Shown: positions 36,776 to 49,915 of the stretch, piece by piece
Position numbering within the stretch: position 1 is the stretch's first letter
Layout: each line of letters starts with the position of its first letter
Source of the DNA: Lama guanicoe
Taxonomy: Eukaryota
Assembly (NCBI GenBank): GCA_013239625.1
Contig: MU054187.1
Location: 7,722,358-7,786,357 of the forward strand
Direction: 5' to 3'
Length of the DNA stretch: 64,000 bases
The notes under the pieces: generated by a model
Told to the model about the DNA's origin: nothing
Database searches by the model: none
What the model saw: only the letters and a program-made list of their open reading frames with translations
Position numbers and translations under genes: made by a program

Positions 36776-39700
36776 CCACGTCTCAAGGTTAAAGTCTCAG
36801 ATGGAGCGCCTTGTGCAGAATTAGTATTTAACAGCTGCGGATGGGGTCTAATTATGCACATTGTTATATAGAGTCCTCACTACCTGTAGTGATCAACTTT
36901 ATAGGGCCCTCCATGCATAGCTTTGAATTCTCATTTACACGTTAGAGTTTGGAGCGGTTTCTTCAGTTTCTTTTTTACCGACTATAGTAAATAAGATTTT
37001 TCTGTTTATGGAAGCATAAATTAGCTGCTTCTGTTTTCTCTATTATAGAGCAAGAAACAGGGAAGGGAGTAGGAGACACTGCATGTGTAAACTTTCCAAA
37101 GTCCTTGCTTCATCAGTTCAGTTCATAAATATCCAGTTTAACTTTTCTCAGTGAATCAGTTGAGCCAGGAAATCATCACATGAGCAATGAAATCCTAGAT
37201 GTCCCTCTTGAAGCCCCCGCACACCGAAGACTCCAGAGGCCCCACCGGCTCCGTCCTGAAGCAGAGCCAGTCTTGCCCCGAACACCTAGCTCTAAGGGGA
37301 TCTGGAACGGCAGCCCTGCCGTTGCCTGTTGTGGCCACGCGGGGTCCCTTGTGGAGATGCCACTGCCTGAGAGACACGGGTCGGCTCTGCCAGGTTGCCT
37401 GCGATGCTCACGTCCCTGCCAGCTGCACCAGTGCCCACGTTCCAGCTCTCTCCGCGTCCCGCTCACAGGCTTGGCTGTCGCTCCCCCAGCTCCTAGTGCC
37501 AGCGCGGCTGGGTCAGCAGAAGCTTCCAGCATCTGGCACGAACAGTGGAAAATGAACAAACATACAAAACCTCTGTCTAATGGACCCTTAATCTCTTGGA
37601 GAGTGAGCAGACACTACCCCAGATTCTTCCTTTCCTCCAGAGAATTTAATTCTAAGAGTATTTTTGTCCTTCGCTGCCTTTGGGACTGGCATAGCCTGGT
37701 CACATTCACCCCAATGGGGCTCCTTGGCTCTGAAGACTCCTGGGTGTCTTTTGTAAATTTAAATTGGTCATAGACTCCATCACTGTGTATCAAGGCAGGT
37801 TATACAGAAGCGGGCAGGGGGAGATTCTTGGTAGGGAATTCTAAAAACAAACCAAAAATATCCTGAACACTCTTATTCCTTGTCTTTTCAATACCAGGGG
37901 TAGCTATTTACCCCTTACAGTTGCATAAGTAAGAAAAGAATATGGAAAGGGATTCCCTAATAGATTTGTTCCTAACAATCAGAGATCTCCATTGCTAAAT
38001 CTAAGACTTCTGAATTGTGTTTGGATGAGACACCCATGCCTCCACTCTGGCTTTGATAAAGTATAAAATAGTTGGAAGGGCAGCAAACAGTAGATACATC
38101 CAGAAGGAGCAATGAGCACTGAACAACAGATGCACCTAGAAAGACAGGTGAATGAACGCGAATGTCATGCCTAATCACGTGCAGGACATTGTCACAGGTA
38201 ACTGACATACACAGCAGGATGGCCTGCCCAGCTGAGGTTGTGTGTGAGCGTGTGTGTGTGTGTGCGCGCGTGCTGTAGCAAGAGAAGTTCCCCGAAGTGG
38301 TTGCTACGGTAAGAAGGGCAGATATAAACTCCCTGGACAGAAGTAGCCATACTTCCATTGACGTGCAGGACATCCTTCCATCTACGGATAGGGGAAAGGC
38401 AGCATTTCAATGCAAAACCCTCTATGCATTATGGCTTTTTAAAAGAAGCCGACAAATCCAGGCAGCTTTTGATATAAGTTGTCAGGGCTTTGGATGCCTG
38501 AGGCGGCAGGTGCCTGACTCATTACCCTCTGAGGCCATGCTCTTGCCCAAAAGGGGACTGTGCAAAACAGGGAGAAATAGGGGTGCTGGCCTCAAACCAT
38601 GTTCTGCGCTCACTTCTCGCGGCCAGTTGTTACCCTGCTACCATAAGTAGCAGTGCCGGAAATGTTCTCTTGAGTGACCACTTAGTGGCAGACAGTTGGA
38701 CATAGGCCTTTTCTGATCTTAAAACCCATGTGCAGTGATTCCATAAAAAGGAGAAAGGAAGCGAATTTCAACTCAAGGTTTATTCTCATCAATGACAGGA
38801 CCCTCACTTAACACTGTGCTAAGGATGCTGTTGTCACTCCCACGGGTCACTTCCAAGAGGACCCTACATGCTGGCCGTTGGCCAGGGAGGAGGCAACTGA
38901 AGGCCTTGGGTCAGACAGCTTATCAGCAGTGCTGTTCAAGCCTCCCCAGTCCAAACTGGCAGATCGGGGGCAGCAAAGTGCTTCCATGCTGCCTGGCTTC
39001 CAAACAAACGAACCAGATTATCTCACGTTAGCAATGTACAAAAAACGGAATCCAAACTGCATTTAGAGCAAAACTTGCTTTTGACAGTTTCTATTAAAAA
39101 AATCTGTTTCCTTCTAGGCAATTAAAAAAAAATAATCAACCCAGTCTGATGCACATACGTATACAGACACACATACTGCCCTAGAGGTATGACTGCTTCT
39201 TCTTCTCTCAAGTTTTTTGCAGGGAAGGAGATTTACTAAAGGCGGGAAGACCCTGAGATTTGCATGTTCTGGATAATATCTTGGGCTGTAAGAAACACAG
39301 TAAGATGGATACCATTTAAGAAAACAAAGGCAATGGGAAGAGAATAAGGTGGTTCGTTTCAACTTGGAGAACATTCTAAAACACTTCATATAAAACACGG
39401 CAGTTACTGTGGGTTTGAGAAGCTGGAGATGCTATCCTCCTGCAAGGAGTGAGAGGGCTCATCTAGAATTGCAGAGCAGAGAAGTGTACGAGGAGAAGCT
39501 GGGTTGAAGGAGACAACACAGTGCAAGTTCTGAAAACAAGCAACAGGCAGGAAATTACAGGAAAGAAAAAAAACTGCAAACATGATGAAACATAATTCTC
39601 TCTCTGCCTTAGGAATTATAGAGCTCAAAATTAAAATCATCGGTGTTTTTCCACCTTGCTTTAAGTAATGTTAAATAACAGGAAATTCACTGTTGCAATA

Positions 39701-39945
39701 CATCCTTCAGCTATTTAGACAGCTTATATGTAAACCTTTTATGGCTGAAATCTCTGTGCTAGATTTGTATAGATATTCAGCAAAGATGTACAGTCAAAAC
39801 ATTACAAATTTGAGTTTACAATGTTATTCTAAATGTAATTTAAAACACAAGCAAAGAGATGAAACTGAGAGTTAAAAGAAAGGAAAGACAAATACATAAA
39901 GGGTAATGGAGAATGATGACCTTCTACCTACCCACCTCTGTTAGC

Positions 39946-40032
39946 AGGGAAGAAAGAAAAAAGAAGGAAGGAAGGAAGGAAGGAAAGAAGGAAGAAAGGA
40001 GAGAGAGAGGGAGGGAGGGAAGAGAAAGAAAA
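39946..40032 (+). repeat. 87-nt pure purine tract (GAAA/GGAA/GA/GGGA)
   Basis: Direct reading; no pyrimidine between 39946 and 40032. Confidence 0.92.
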
Positions 40033-40039
40033 CATAATA

Positions 40040-40453
40040 CAGTCAAAGTTGCTTTCTCCAACAGCTTCTACAAATAGTGTTAAAACAAAATGTAGAGAGA
40101 TGGCTGGAACTTGGGCTTCTAAGGTCAGGGAAGTTTAAGCTCTAACAAACAAGCCCAAATTCTTGATGGCGGAATACAATAAAGATGAATTGCTGGCCCA
40201 TGCTGCAGCCCACGTGGGCTGGGAAGCTCTCCTGCAAACATCAGACAAAGGGATCCAGGTTCCTTTTGTCTTGTGGTGCTGCCACCTTTACCTGCCATAG
40301 GAGGGGAGAGTACAATGAGCATCTCACCAGGCTGATCCTGCAACAGAGTCATGTAGCCCCCACCTAATTAAAAACAGGCTGGGAAATGCAGTTTAACTGC
40401 ATGGCCAGGAATTGGAAACAGATTCGGGGAACATCTAGCCAGTCTCTGTCACA
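40040..40453 (-). mobile_element. MaLR MLT1-family LTR
   Basis: ggatccaggttccttttgtcttgtggtgctgcc...gagtcatgtagcccccacctaat...ggctgggaaatgcagtt...tctctgtcaca resembles antisense MLT1J/K. Confidence 0.65.
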
Positions 40454-40518
40454 GTTTGGTCACTCCAGGGTATGAACAAGTAGAAGCAAATGACAGAGGA
40501 AAAGAAACTTTACTTTCT

Positions 40519-40899
40519 TTTCTTTTTTTAAACAGTTTGAAAGGAAAGTTTATTCACCCTGCACTCCTTGACTGTCCTATCTCCCTTTTTTCCTGACTTC
40601 TTTTTTTTTCCCTTTTTTTAAAATTGAAGTATAGTCAGTTACAATGTGTCCATTTCTGGGGTACAGCACAATGTCCCAGCCATGCATATATGCACATATA
40701 TTCGTTTTCATATGCTTTTTCATTAAAGGTTATTACAAGATATTGAACATAGTTCCCTGTGCTCTACAGAAGAAACTTCTTTAAAAATCTATTTTTATAC
40801 ATAGTGGCTAACATTTGTAAATCTCAAACTCCCAAATTTATCCCTTCCCACCCCCTTTCTCCAGTAACCATAAGGTTGTTTACTATGTCTGCAAGTCTG
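40519..40899 (-). mobile_element. Young 5'-truncated L1 tail with extra 3' segment (probable transduction)
   Basis: L1 3' UTR at about 40620-40899; two T tracts; TSD at 40502-40518 and 40900-40916. Confidence 0.88.
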
Positions 40900-42989
40900 A
40901 AGAAACTTTACTGTCTATAGCAGCTGAAGTATCTTTTATGAAATATTTTTTTTAGATTTGTAGTAAAGATCCATATCCAATGAGTTAAGATTACTCTTGG
41001 CCAAGAAACTGTTTCGATTTCTTTCTAGGCTCATTGCTGTTCACCGTTTTTGCATCCCCTGATGTCCATCAAAAAGCTTCTTTCTGTCATTTTCTCCTAG
41101 AAATTTCTGATGAGTCTTTTCTCTTGTTTGAGTGCTCGAGCAGCAGGCAGAGTTCAGGTGCACTGGCCCAGGTACCATCCAAGGGCAAGCTGGAGAGACG
41201 TCTCTTAGAGATGACATAGAGTAGGTTAAAGAGCTTCAGTTTGGTTCCATTATTTTGGGTTATTCCATATTCTACATATTAAGAAAAAAAATTTATGCTT
41301 AAATTTTGATAATAACTTACCTTTTGATGTTGACATTTTACTAGTCTTACACAGGTAGATATGTATGTTCTGGAAAAAAATTGTGCTTTTCTTTTTCAAT
41401 CTTCCCTAATTTCAAATAATGGTAAAAAAAAATAACACATTTGAAGCTTTCATACTTCAAATCAAAAGTTACTCTTTTATATTCTTATAATTATGTGAAA
41501 GAGAAAAGAGAATGCAATTACCAGAGTAAATTTAGCTTTTGTATAAAAGAAATCTATGGTAGAACTATAATTATTATAATAGTGTAGTAAATACACAGAT
41601 TGTAATGCCGCTATTTTTCACTATGATATTACAGTGTTGCTATTACTAGAACCAATTTAATATAGTTTTACTAGGCGAAATATTAGTTACTCTATTTTTC
41701 ATGTAATAACTATGGTTTGTTAACAGTTTTATGACAAAACTAGAATGCAATTATAATGAATTTTATTACGCTGTACTTACAAGTGGTAGAGAGGGACTGT
41801 TAGCTCATTTTCTTGCTTGGTTTTGCACTTGTATTAGGACCTGGAGCATGTACTTGAGCTTCCTTCCTTTTTTTTTTCCACTGTGGAAAAATAAAGATTC
41901 ATTAAGAAAAAATCCCATTGGAAAATATTATCTAAAATCCAGTCTTCATTAACTGCACTTAGATTCACATCACAGATTAACTGAAGTGAAATATTAACCC
42001 TCTGTTATTGGGTATATAGTGGGGTACTTTTCTTCACTAGACTGAATTAAGTTACTCCTTAATATAGAATAGATTTGTTCTCAGAAATTAAATAATAAAA
42101 ACTGGACCAAGTCCCAGGAGGTCTTTGTCCTCCTTCCTCGCTTGCCACAAACTTTTTGTCTAGTCTGACTTCTTCAAGCTTCAGTCCCGCTCCCCATCTC
42201 CTGTAAGCATCTGCGTTAGTCACTGGGTCATCCTGAGATGTCAAGCTTCTATGCAGTCTAAACAAAGATAAAACTATTCTTGGCATCATTTAGGTTACTA
42301 ACCACCCATTTCAAGGTACCCCTCCATTACTGGTTATAAGCAATGTCAAACAGCATGATTAAAAAGATTGTCAGGTATTATGCAATATATGAAGTCTGTT
42401 ATTGTTTTAATTGCCTTAGACTTTCTAATGGCTACACATTCTCCTGGGAGGCACTGAGTCGCCTTAGATGTGCAATGACTTTTTAATTTTACATATTGTT
42501 ACTGCTCTAAAAAATTAAATAAAATAGTAGATTAATTTAAGACCAGCAATACATTATTTTTCCTCTCTGAAGTTTGGAACCATTAGGGAGAGAGGACTGA
42601 GGTGGAGAGGTATCAAGACATCAGCTATGTTAGTGAAACGTTTTATGGGGAAAGTGGTTTGGATCCATGGCCAAGTCCTTCTGACAGTCACACACACCTC
42701 AGACAACCTCCTGCCCACCCCCAGCACTGGTCGCAGGCGGCGCCGTGACATGTCCCTGACTAGGCAGGCGCTCCCACGCAGCAGGAAGGTGAACAAGAAC
42801 ATTCTGAAGACAGGCTGCTCTCAATAGATTAAGGGACCGAGTCAAATGTGCTTGGTGCTTCTTCCAAATTTATCAATCAAATCAATTACTACAAAGAGTA
42901 ATGAAGTGGAAATACAGTAACCACTGCTTCCCCATTATTTTGGAAAGATCCAAGGGAAAAACAAGCAGCCAGAAAAAATTTGTTGAAAA

Positions 42990-43125
42990 CTAAATGGTTT
43001 GAGAGTCAGATTACGTAGGTTTGCAGTCTCTCTCTCCCTTATTAGCTACGTGACCTGGGCAAGCTACTCAGCGCCTCCAATCTTCCTTTAAAAAGGGAGG
43101 ATAAATATATCCACTTCTTTGCGCA
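42990..43125 (+). mobile_element. MIR fragment
   Basis: ttattagctacgtgacctgggcaagctactcagc resembles MIR. Confidence 0.6.
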
Positions 43126-43149
43126 GAAGAAAGGGAGCTTTAAATGCAA

Positions 43150-43480
43150 AAACCCTTTCTTTTGCCTCCTTGGCATCGGAGAGACGATTTCTCAGACCAC
43201 GTGACTATGTTCTGGCCAGTGAAATATTTGACAGAAGTGAGGGTCACTACGTCCAGGCCTGTTCCATCACACTTTCTACACAGTTCTCCACAGTCCTCAT
43301 TGCACCTGCTCTAGCCAGATCCAAGGAACCCCATGGAGGAACTCAAAGCCCTGTTACTCAAAGTATCTCAACAAGAATCCAGCTTTGTAGTATGAATCAT
43401 GTGGATTTTATAGAGTGGAATATTTCCCCTAAAAGATGTATTATTTCTCCTAAAGTAATTTTTTGTAGCTTTCCATAGGA
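43150..43480 (+). mobile_element. MaLR MLT1-family LTR remnant
   Basis: accacgtgactatgttctggccagtgaaatatttgacagaagtga is a typical MLT1 block. Confidence 0.6.
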
Positions 43481-43894
43481 ATGAAAAGAGGCAGGAAACC
43501 ATATAATAAATTAGAATTAGAACTAAGCAGAAATGTGGGAACTGAAACAAAGAAACAAGATAAAGAGACCTAGAGAGTACTATTATTGTAATTTATTAGT
43601 AAAGTAGAATCATAGAATAGCATGTAATTGTTTAAGCCTAGAACCGTTTCTTTTTCTTTTAAAGGTTTGTATGTAGAGTCTTAGCTTTATATAGTGATAA
43701 ACTGGTGTTTATTAGCTCCTTAGTGGGGAAAAAATATCCTTGACTAACCATCAATGATTCTGATGAAACTAATTTTTGAAAGTCTTAGATCACCAAAGAT
43801 GATTTTTTTTTTGGCTTAGTGGTCACATGTTTATGTGCTCAGGGGAAACTGGACATGTAGATGGGGTCGTAGTTTTAAAAACTTTCTTTTTGTC

Positions 43895-44175
43895 CTAGTG
43901 ATACGACCGTATTACACTGAGGGTAAATGAGGGAGAGGGAAAAGCAGAGAATATCCTTCGGGTGTCTAATTTGAACAATAATAGGAGTGTGGATAGTCAT
44001 GCTATTGACAAAGTATGTGACTTTAAATAGCGGAGCGACGAGGTGGAAGGAAGAGGACAAAGAGATTATGATCAGTTGTAGTACATTACATGCAGTTGGA
44101 AATGAGTAACAGCATTTGGAAATATGAGTCAGGAGTTGGGAGAGACATTGGGGAGGGTATAGATTTGAGAATCAG
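43895..44175 (-). mobile_element. L2 fragment
   Basis: ggaaatatgagtcaggagttgggagagacattgggg...tagatttgagaatcagca resembles antisense L2. Confidence 0.55.
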
Positions 44176-44194
44176 CAATACTGTTCATACAACT

Positions 44195-44581
44195 ACACCT
44201 CATGTGGCCCCTGAATATTTGAAATAGAGCTAGTCCAAAGAGGGATGTCCTAACACTGTGAATATACTGGAAACTGTTGAAATATTCACTGCAAAAATGT
44301 GAATTTCATGATTTGCAAGTTATTTTTCAATAAAGCTGTTATAAAAAAGAACGCCCTGTAAGGGTAATATACAAGTGGATTTGAAGACAGTAAAATAAAT
44401 GTAGAATATCTCATTAATAAGTTTTCTATTGACTATATGTTGAAATGAAAATATTTTGGCTATCTTGAGTTAAATAAAACATAATGTTTCACCTATTTCT
44501 TTTTAGTTTTTTTTTAATGTAACCACTAGCAAATATAAAAGTACATATGTCAGTTGCATTATATTTCTATTGGAAAATGCT
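44195..44581. mobile_element. MER33/Charlie1-like hAT element with nested L1 tail
   Basis: catgtggcc..tttgaaat..gctagtcc, aatatctcattaataa, atgttgaaatgaaaatattttgg, and gcattatatttctattgg..gct match MER33. Confidence 0.75.
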
Positions 44582-44859
44582 ATTGACAAGAAAAATAATT
44601 GATGGTTTTCTATTTTATTTAATTTTCCTCCATTACTTATTAAGTAGTTTAGGTATTGTAAAAAAAAAAAATCCTAAAAATACATTTTAGTTAACTGAAT
44701 AACAGTAACAACACAACATAAAATTTACTTTATAGCGTAAAACGTGTGTGCTTTCTGTCTCTGTGAGGGAGGTATGCGTTCTGAGCTGTACTGGAAGTTC
44801 CCGCAGAGACAAGACCAGTGCCCTGCAGGGCTCTGTGACATATTTGCATCAAGCAAAGC

Positions 44860-44890
44860 GTGTGCGAATGTGTGTGTGTGTGTGTGTGTG
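44860..44890. repeat. (TG)n microsatellite
   Basis: Direct reading. Confidence 0.9.
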
Positions 44891-47659
44891 GATACAGTAT
44901 ACATAGATATGAAATCTGCTGTCTTCTTTTTATACTTTATATGTAAAACATTGCTTTTTTCATCCCCCAGATTTGCATGTATTCTTTCTAAGAAAGATGA
45001 ACACAAGTTACTGCAACAAAATTTTCTTTTGGCTTTCAACCAATGGAATGAGGAGGGAATTGCTCCAAGTATATTGCAAGGGTGGGGGAAATTGTTCATT
45101 TAAAAATCTAGGAGTTGAAGTACACAACAGCTACAGCTAATGGTAGAAGTACGATTATTATGTAATCTATTGCCCTTACTCTCTCCTTTAAATTAAGTTT
45201 ATGTAATAAAATAATCCAATACTTCTACCCTTTCTCACCAAAGCATCCAGAGACGATTCAGAGTGAATGTTCCAGCATGGGCAGTATTCATTTTATCTCA
45301 TATAACTTCTTTACCCTCTCATTCCAGGTGTCCTTGGCAAAAGCCACCACTTCATTCTCTTGCCAATATTACCTTATGTCAGATTATCTCTTGTTCTAAT
45401 ACAGTCTCACTAACATACAGAATCTCATAAGAGAAGGAATTGAAAGCTACCTATACACTTCCTGTACTTTATTTAAAAAGAAAATAATTGTTAATATTTC
45501 CTCCCCTTTTTATATTCAACGTGTAAATTTTTTGTATTGCTGACAAGAAAAGGCACAATTGTGAAATACACAACCAGCACAGGCTGTTCAACGATGGCTT
45601 AACAGTTTCAATAGTAGATATGACTGTAATAGATTTACATAAAACAGAACCCAAGCCACATTCACCAACGTCCTTGGCTCATAAGAGTTCAATATTAAGT
45701 TGATCATGTTAGTTAAGAATTTCTAAACCTAACTGCGAACGTGGTCATCTTTCAGACAGCAGTCACACACCTGTAACTGACATAAAAGATTGTTAAATAT
45801 AAAGGACAAATACTTGTTCATCTGTTTTCTGCTCCAGTAGATTTGTTCCCCAGGGAGTTATCACCTATTATTTTTGTTTATTTCTTAATTCAAATAGAAA
45901 TTAGCTACGAAAAAAATTTCATCCCTACGCCACCGTTTTTTGGCCTCTCCCCTAAACTAGAGAGGCTGGAGATGTGAAGGGAGAGTTCAGTTTGTTTTTC
46001 AAAAGAAAGCAAATATTTGTGGTTATTCTATGACACAGATAAGTGCCTCCTGATGCTGAATTAAGAATCCTTACTCGGGTCACCCACAAGCAATCAAATA
46101 ACAGTGATTTTTAGGTTTTTCCCAACCTTGATCAAATTTGAATAGTTTTCCCAAGCCCCTGAAAACCCAGTTCCTCCCTGGTCCTATTGAGTTGCATTAA
46201 ATACAGTCATTCAATAAATCTATAACTTCAAACTTTTTAGAGCAAAACCATAACAACAATAATAAACAATAAATAAACAAGACAGCAAAATTGAAAACAT
46301 ACTATTTGATCTCATGTATTAAATACTGAGTTCAGTTTTGCTCTCCTGAAAAGTGAGCATGGAAGAGGCAACCCTAGAAAATTCAACTCTGTGGGTTTGT
46401 CATATGTTGTTCTAAATAACATGATTTTCTTCTTTATAACATTTTTATCCAATGCAATTATAAGTGTTCCATTAAGACATGGGAAAATATAACATGTAAA
46501 ATGTAGCATAACACTACATTTTAAAAGAGCCATTTTAGAACTTGCATGAATTTTCAGGCACGTTTACTCATAAAGTCAATCAAGATTGTGATATTTTTCC
46601 ATCATTCCTTTAAAATCTCCATTTTACCATAATCCTCTGTAGTTACCCTCTTAATCTACACTACACTTTTTGGCAAATGGGACACAATAGTAATGAAGGG
46701 AATTAGGACTATTTTCCTAGTCTTTCAAAGCCTTTCCTTTCTTAATGATGTCCGTACACACTAAAATGCTAAAGAATATCTTTATTCTAAATGTTGAATC
46801 AGTCCTTAAGGTGGGACTTCAGCATGACTTTTTTCTTGTTAACATTATAATTATTCCAAATGCTTTGGAAAATCACACTGTGTCTCTCAAACCCTCCATT
46901 GTCCAACTAATCACAGGTAAGAAATGCATCTCAGGATATAATATATACACTTGTACTGCTGATGTAACTTGGACAAAATATTCTTCTCAGCCCCTAAAGG
47001 CAGGTAAAAATCTATTCTGATAATTCTCCACAATGGGATAATACAACCTTTTTAAAGGTTACTAAAAGAGGAAATGTTATACAGGACCCTATGGGTTTGT
47101 GTTTGTAAAAATAAAAACACACAAATGACCTCACACTTCCATCATTTCAAATTTTCAGCCATTCATTCCCCTTTGGTGCTTCTTGAGATGGCTCCTCTCG
47201 GTCAGACACATTTCCAGGGCTTAATGAATCCGTGGCAGATGGACTAGATCTCAGGCTTGGCACTTCTTCACCCTCTATTGCATGTTTTGAGCACTTGTAG
47301 GCTAAAGTCTTTGTCACAATCTGTCTCTTTTTTATTCCCAGTCTCCATGTATTGATGTATTTTCTCCCTTCTACAGTATCTGTAATGCAACAGCGAATGG
47401 AGCAGAAGCTACTTTGAGTGAATAGTCCTCTCAGAGAGGAATATAAGCATTGAGTGATGCCAGTGGTGGCATGAGATGGGTCTTAGTGATTATTAGAGCA
47501 AGATGGACCCTTAGAAGTCCAAGATACTGTATGTCTATGTCTTTTATATTTTCTTTTCTTTCTGTATTCTCTTTCTTGTCTGTAACTCACCAACTCCCTC
47601 TTCATTGTGTCCTTTCTGCTGTTATTCTTAACTACTGAATCCTTACTTTTGATTAAGGA

Positions 47660-48995
47660 AACTGTAACACTTCACTGAAAGGAAGTAAAGGAGACCTAAA
47701 TAGATGGGGGTACAGATTATGTTTATAAATTGGAAAGCTCTATATGAAAGAGAAATGGATTCTCAAATTGATCTACAAACTCTATGAAATCCTCGTTAAA
47801 ATGGCAGGTTTTATTTGTGCGCAACTGTGTTCACATAAGTGTATAAGTTGACAAACTAGTTCTAAAATTGATACGAAAGTGCAATGGCCAAGAATAGTTA
47901 CAACATATCTGAGAAAGAAACGCAGGGTGGAAGGCCATCCTCTACTACTAGATATCAAGACTTACTATAGAGCTACAGAATTTTAAGGCAGTAACAGAGA
48001 GGAAAAAGAGTGACACATTTGATATGTGAAATCAAGATCTTCTGGTCATCAGAAGACACCAATAAGAGAGTGAAATGATTCTTTAGAAGTATAAAGAGGG
48101 AGAAAATATTTGTAACACACGGAACTAAAACAGAGGCTCTTGTACATAATATATGAGGACTTCTCCTTCAACTCGACAGGAAACAATCTGGACCACTCAA
48201 CAGAAAAAAATGGGCAGACGAGAGCAGACACTTCAAAAAAGGAGGCTACCCAAGTGGCCAACAAACTTGAAAAGTGGCCCAACTCATTGATCATCAAGGA
48301 AATGTGAATGAATTAAAGTGATAATGAGATTCTATTACAAAACACAGTACTCCATGCTCCAAGAATGCAGAGCAATAGAAACTCACACGTCGACAGTGAG
48401 AAGGTGAATGTAAATACGAACAGTACAACTATTTTGAGAAATGGAATAGCAGTTATTCGTTTAAACATATGCTTACCTGATGACCCAGCAAGTCCATTCA
48501 CAGACATATACTCAACATGCATATGTGCATAAAACATACACAAAGTGTTTACATACAAAATATCCATAGCAGCATTATTCACAATTGTTGAAACTAGAAA
48601 TCTGTCCTAAATATATTGCAGCTTACTATACTATAGAACAATGAAAATAAGTGACACTAGATATACACTATAACACAGATAAATTTTATTAACATTACTT
48701 TTGAGTGAAGTGAACACCTAAGATGACATACGCTATGATCTCATTTGCACGAAGTTTGCCAACGGCAACACAACTCTGGTGTTTAGAGGTCAGGATAGCA
48801 AGTCCTTTGGGTGATGAAGAAGAGATGCAAAACTGGGATGGCACGGGGAAGGACTCTGTGATGCTGGTAATATTTGCATATTCTCTTTCTCAACCGTGGT
48901 GATTGTCATAGGGGTGTTTGCTTTGGGAGAATTCACCGCGCTCTACACTTCAGATTTGCGAAAGTTTCTCTACGTGCTATATTTCAATAAAAAGG
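47660..48995 (+). mobile_element. Ancient L1 (L1MC/L1ME-like) 3' portion
   Basis: gtaaaggagacctaaatagatgg, ctcaaattgatctacaaac, gatatcaagacttactatagagctacag, ending ctatatttcaataaaaagg. Confidence 0.8.
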
Positions 48996-48999
48996 TTAT

Positions 49000-49420
49000 G
49001 AAAGCAGCTTTCTTTGTACCGTCTCATTCTCAGTGCACTGCCTTATCTTCCTCCTCATCCTCACTGCCAAATGTCTGGAAAGAATAATTTCTACTTGATT
49101 CTCTCTCTCTTTCCCCTCTCTCTCAATCCGCTCATTCTCAGACCATTATGTCCCGGCTTCTGCCCCAGCACTCTGAAAACACTTTCCCCAAAGTCACCAA
49201 TGACCTTCTAATTGCCACTTGTCTACTTTCAGTCTTGTCCTGCTTGACCTCTCCACACCATGCAACACGGCTGAGCAGCTCTCATTCTTAATCTTTTCTT
49301 CCCTTGACCTCTCCTTCATTCTTCTCTGCCTTCATGGACCATTTCAATTAACTGTCTTCCTCCTTGCTTGGCTCTCAACTATTGGTTTTCTAGCTTCTTG
49401 GCTGTCAATCATGTGTTTTC
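49000..49420 (+). mobile_element. L2 ORF2 (RT) remnant
   Basis: aaagtcaccaatgaccttcta (KVTNDLL) and SLVLLDLSTPCNT (cf. LLDLSAAFDT) are L2/CR1 RT motifs. Confidence 0.75.
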
Positions 49421-49744
49421 TAGTTACACTTGTTCAAGTTGCTCTAAAATCAGAATTGCAAACAGGCTAGACATGTTTTCTGTAGTTCAAGGCATTTTAA
49501 AGAAATTATAAATGTTTTATCATCTTGTAAAAATCAACAGATTCCAGGTTTCTGGAGTCAGAAAAGTTAAGAAGTTTGGTGGCCTTGAAATCCACCTTGT
49601 TGAGGGACCAGCAATCTTCTGGAAGTAAAAAAATAAGAATTTTTTATCCCAACACAGAATTCACACTTACCTCTACTTTTTATAGCCTTCCTGGAGAATG
49701 TAGGGCACTTGAATTTCTCACCATTATCATACATGTCTCTTTAG

Positions 49745-49915
49745 AGTAGAGCTTCTGAAAAGGTGCAAAAGAATCACCTGGGAAACGTATTCAAATGCTC
49801 CTGCACCACTCGGGAGGAGCAATATGGTGGGTATTGGGTGGGATCCAGAAATTAACATATTAAGAAAAAAAATCCCAGTTGACTCTGATGCAAGTTGTCC
49901 GTAGAAGACACTATT
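49745..49915. mobile_element. MER5-like hAT MITE
   Basis: agaatcacctgggaaac...gggtgggatccagaaatt...cccagttgactctgatgca resembles MER5A/B. Confidence 0.6.

Noticed and set aside
44186..44202. atacaactacacctca, loosely similar to the let-7 complement
   Set aside because: Needs gaps, seed incomplete, no hairpin; lies at a repeat junction.
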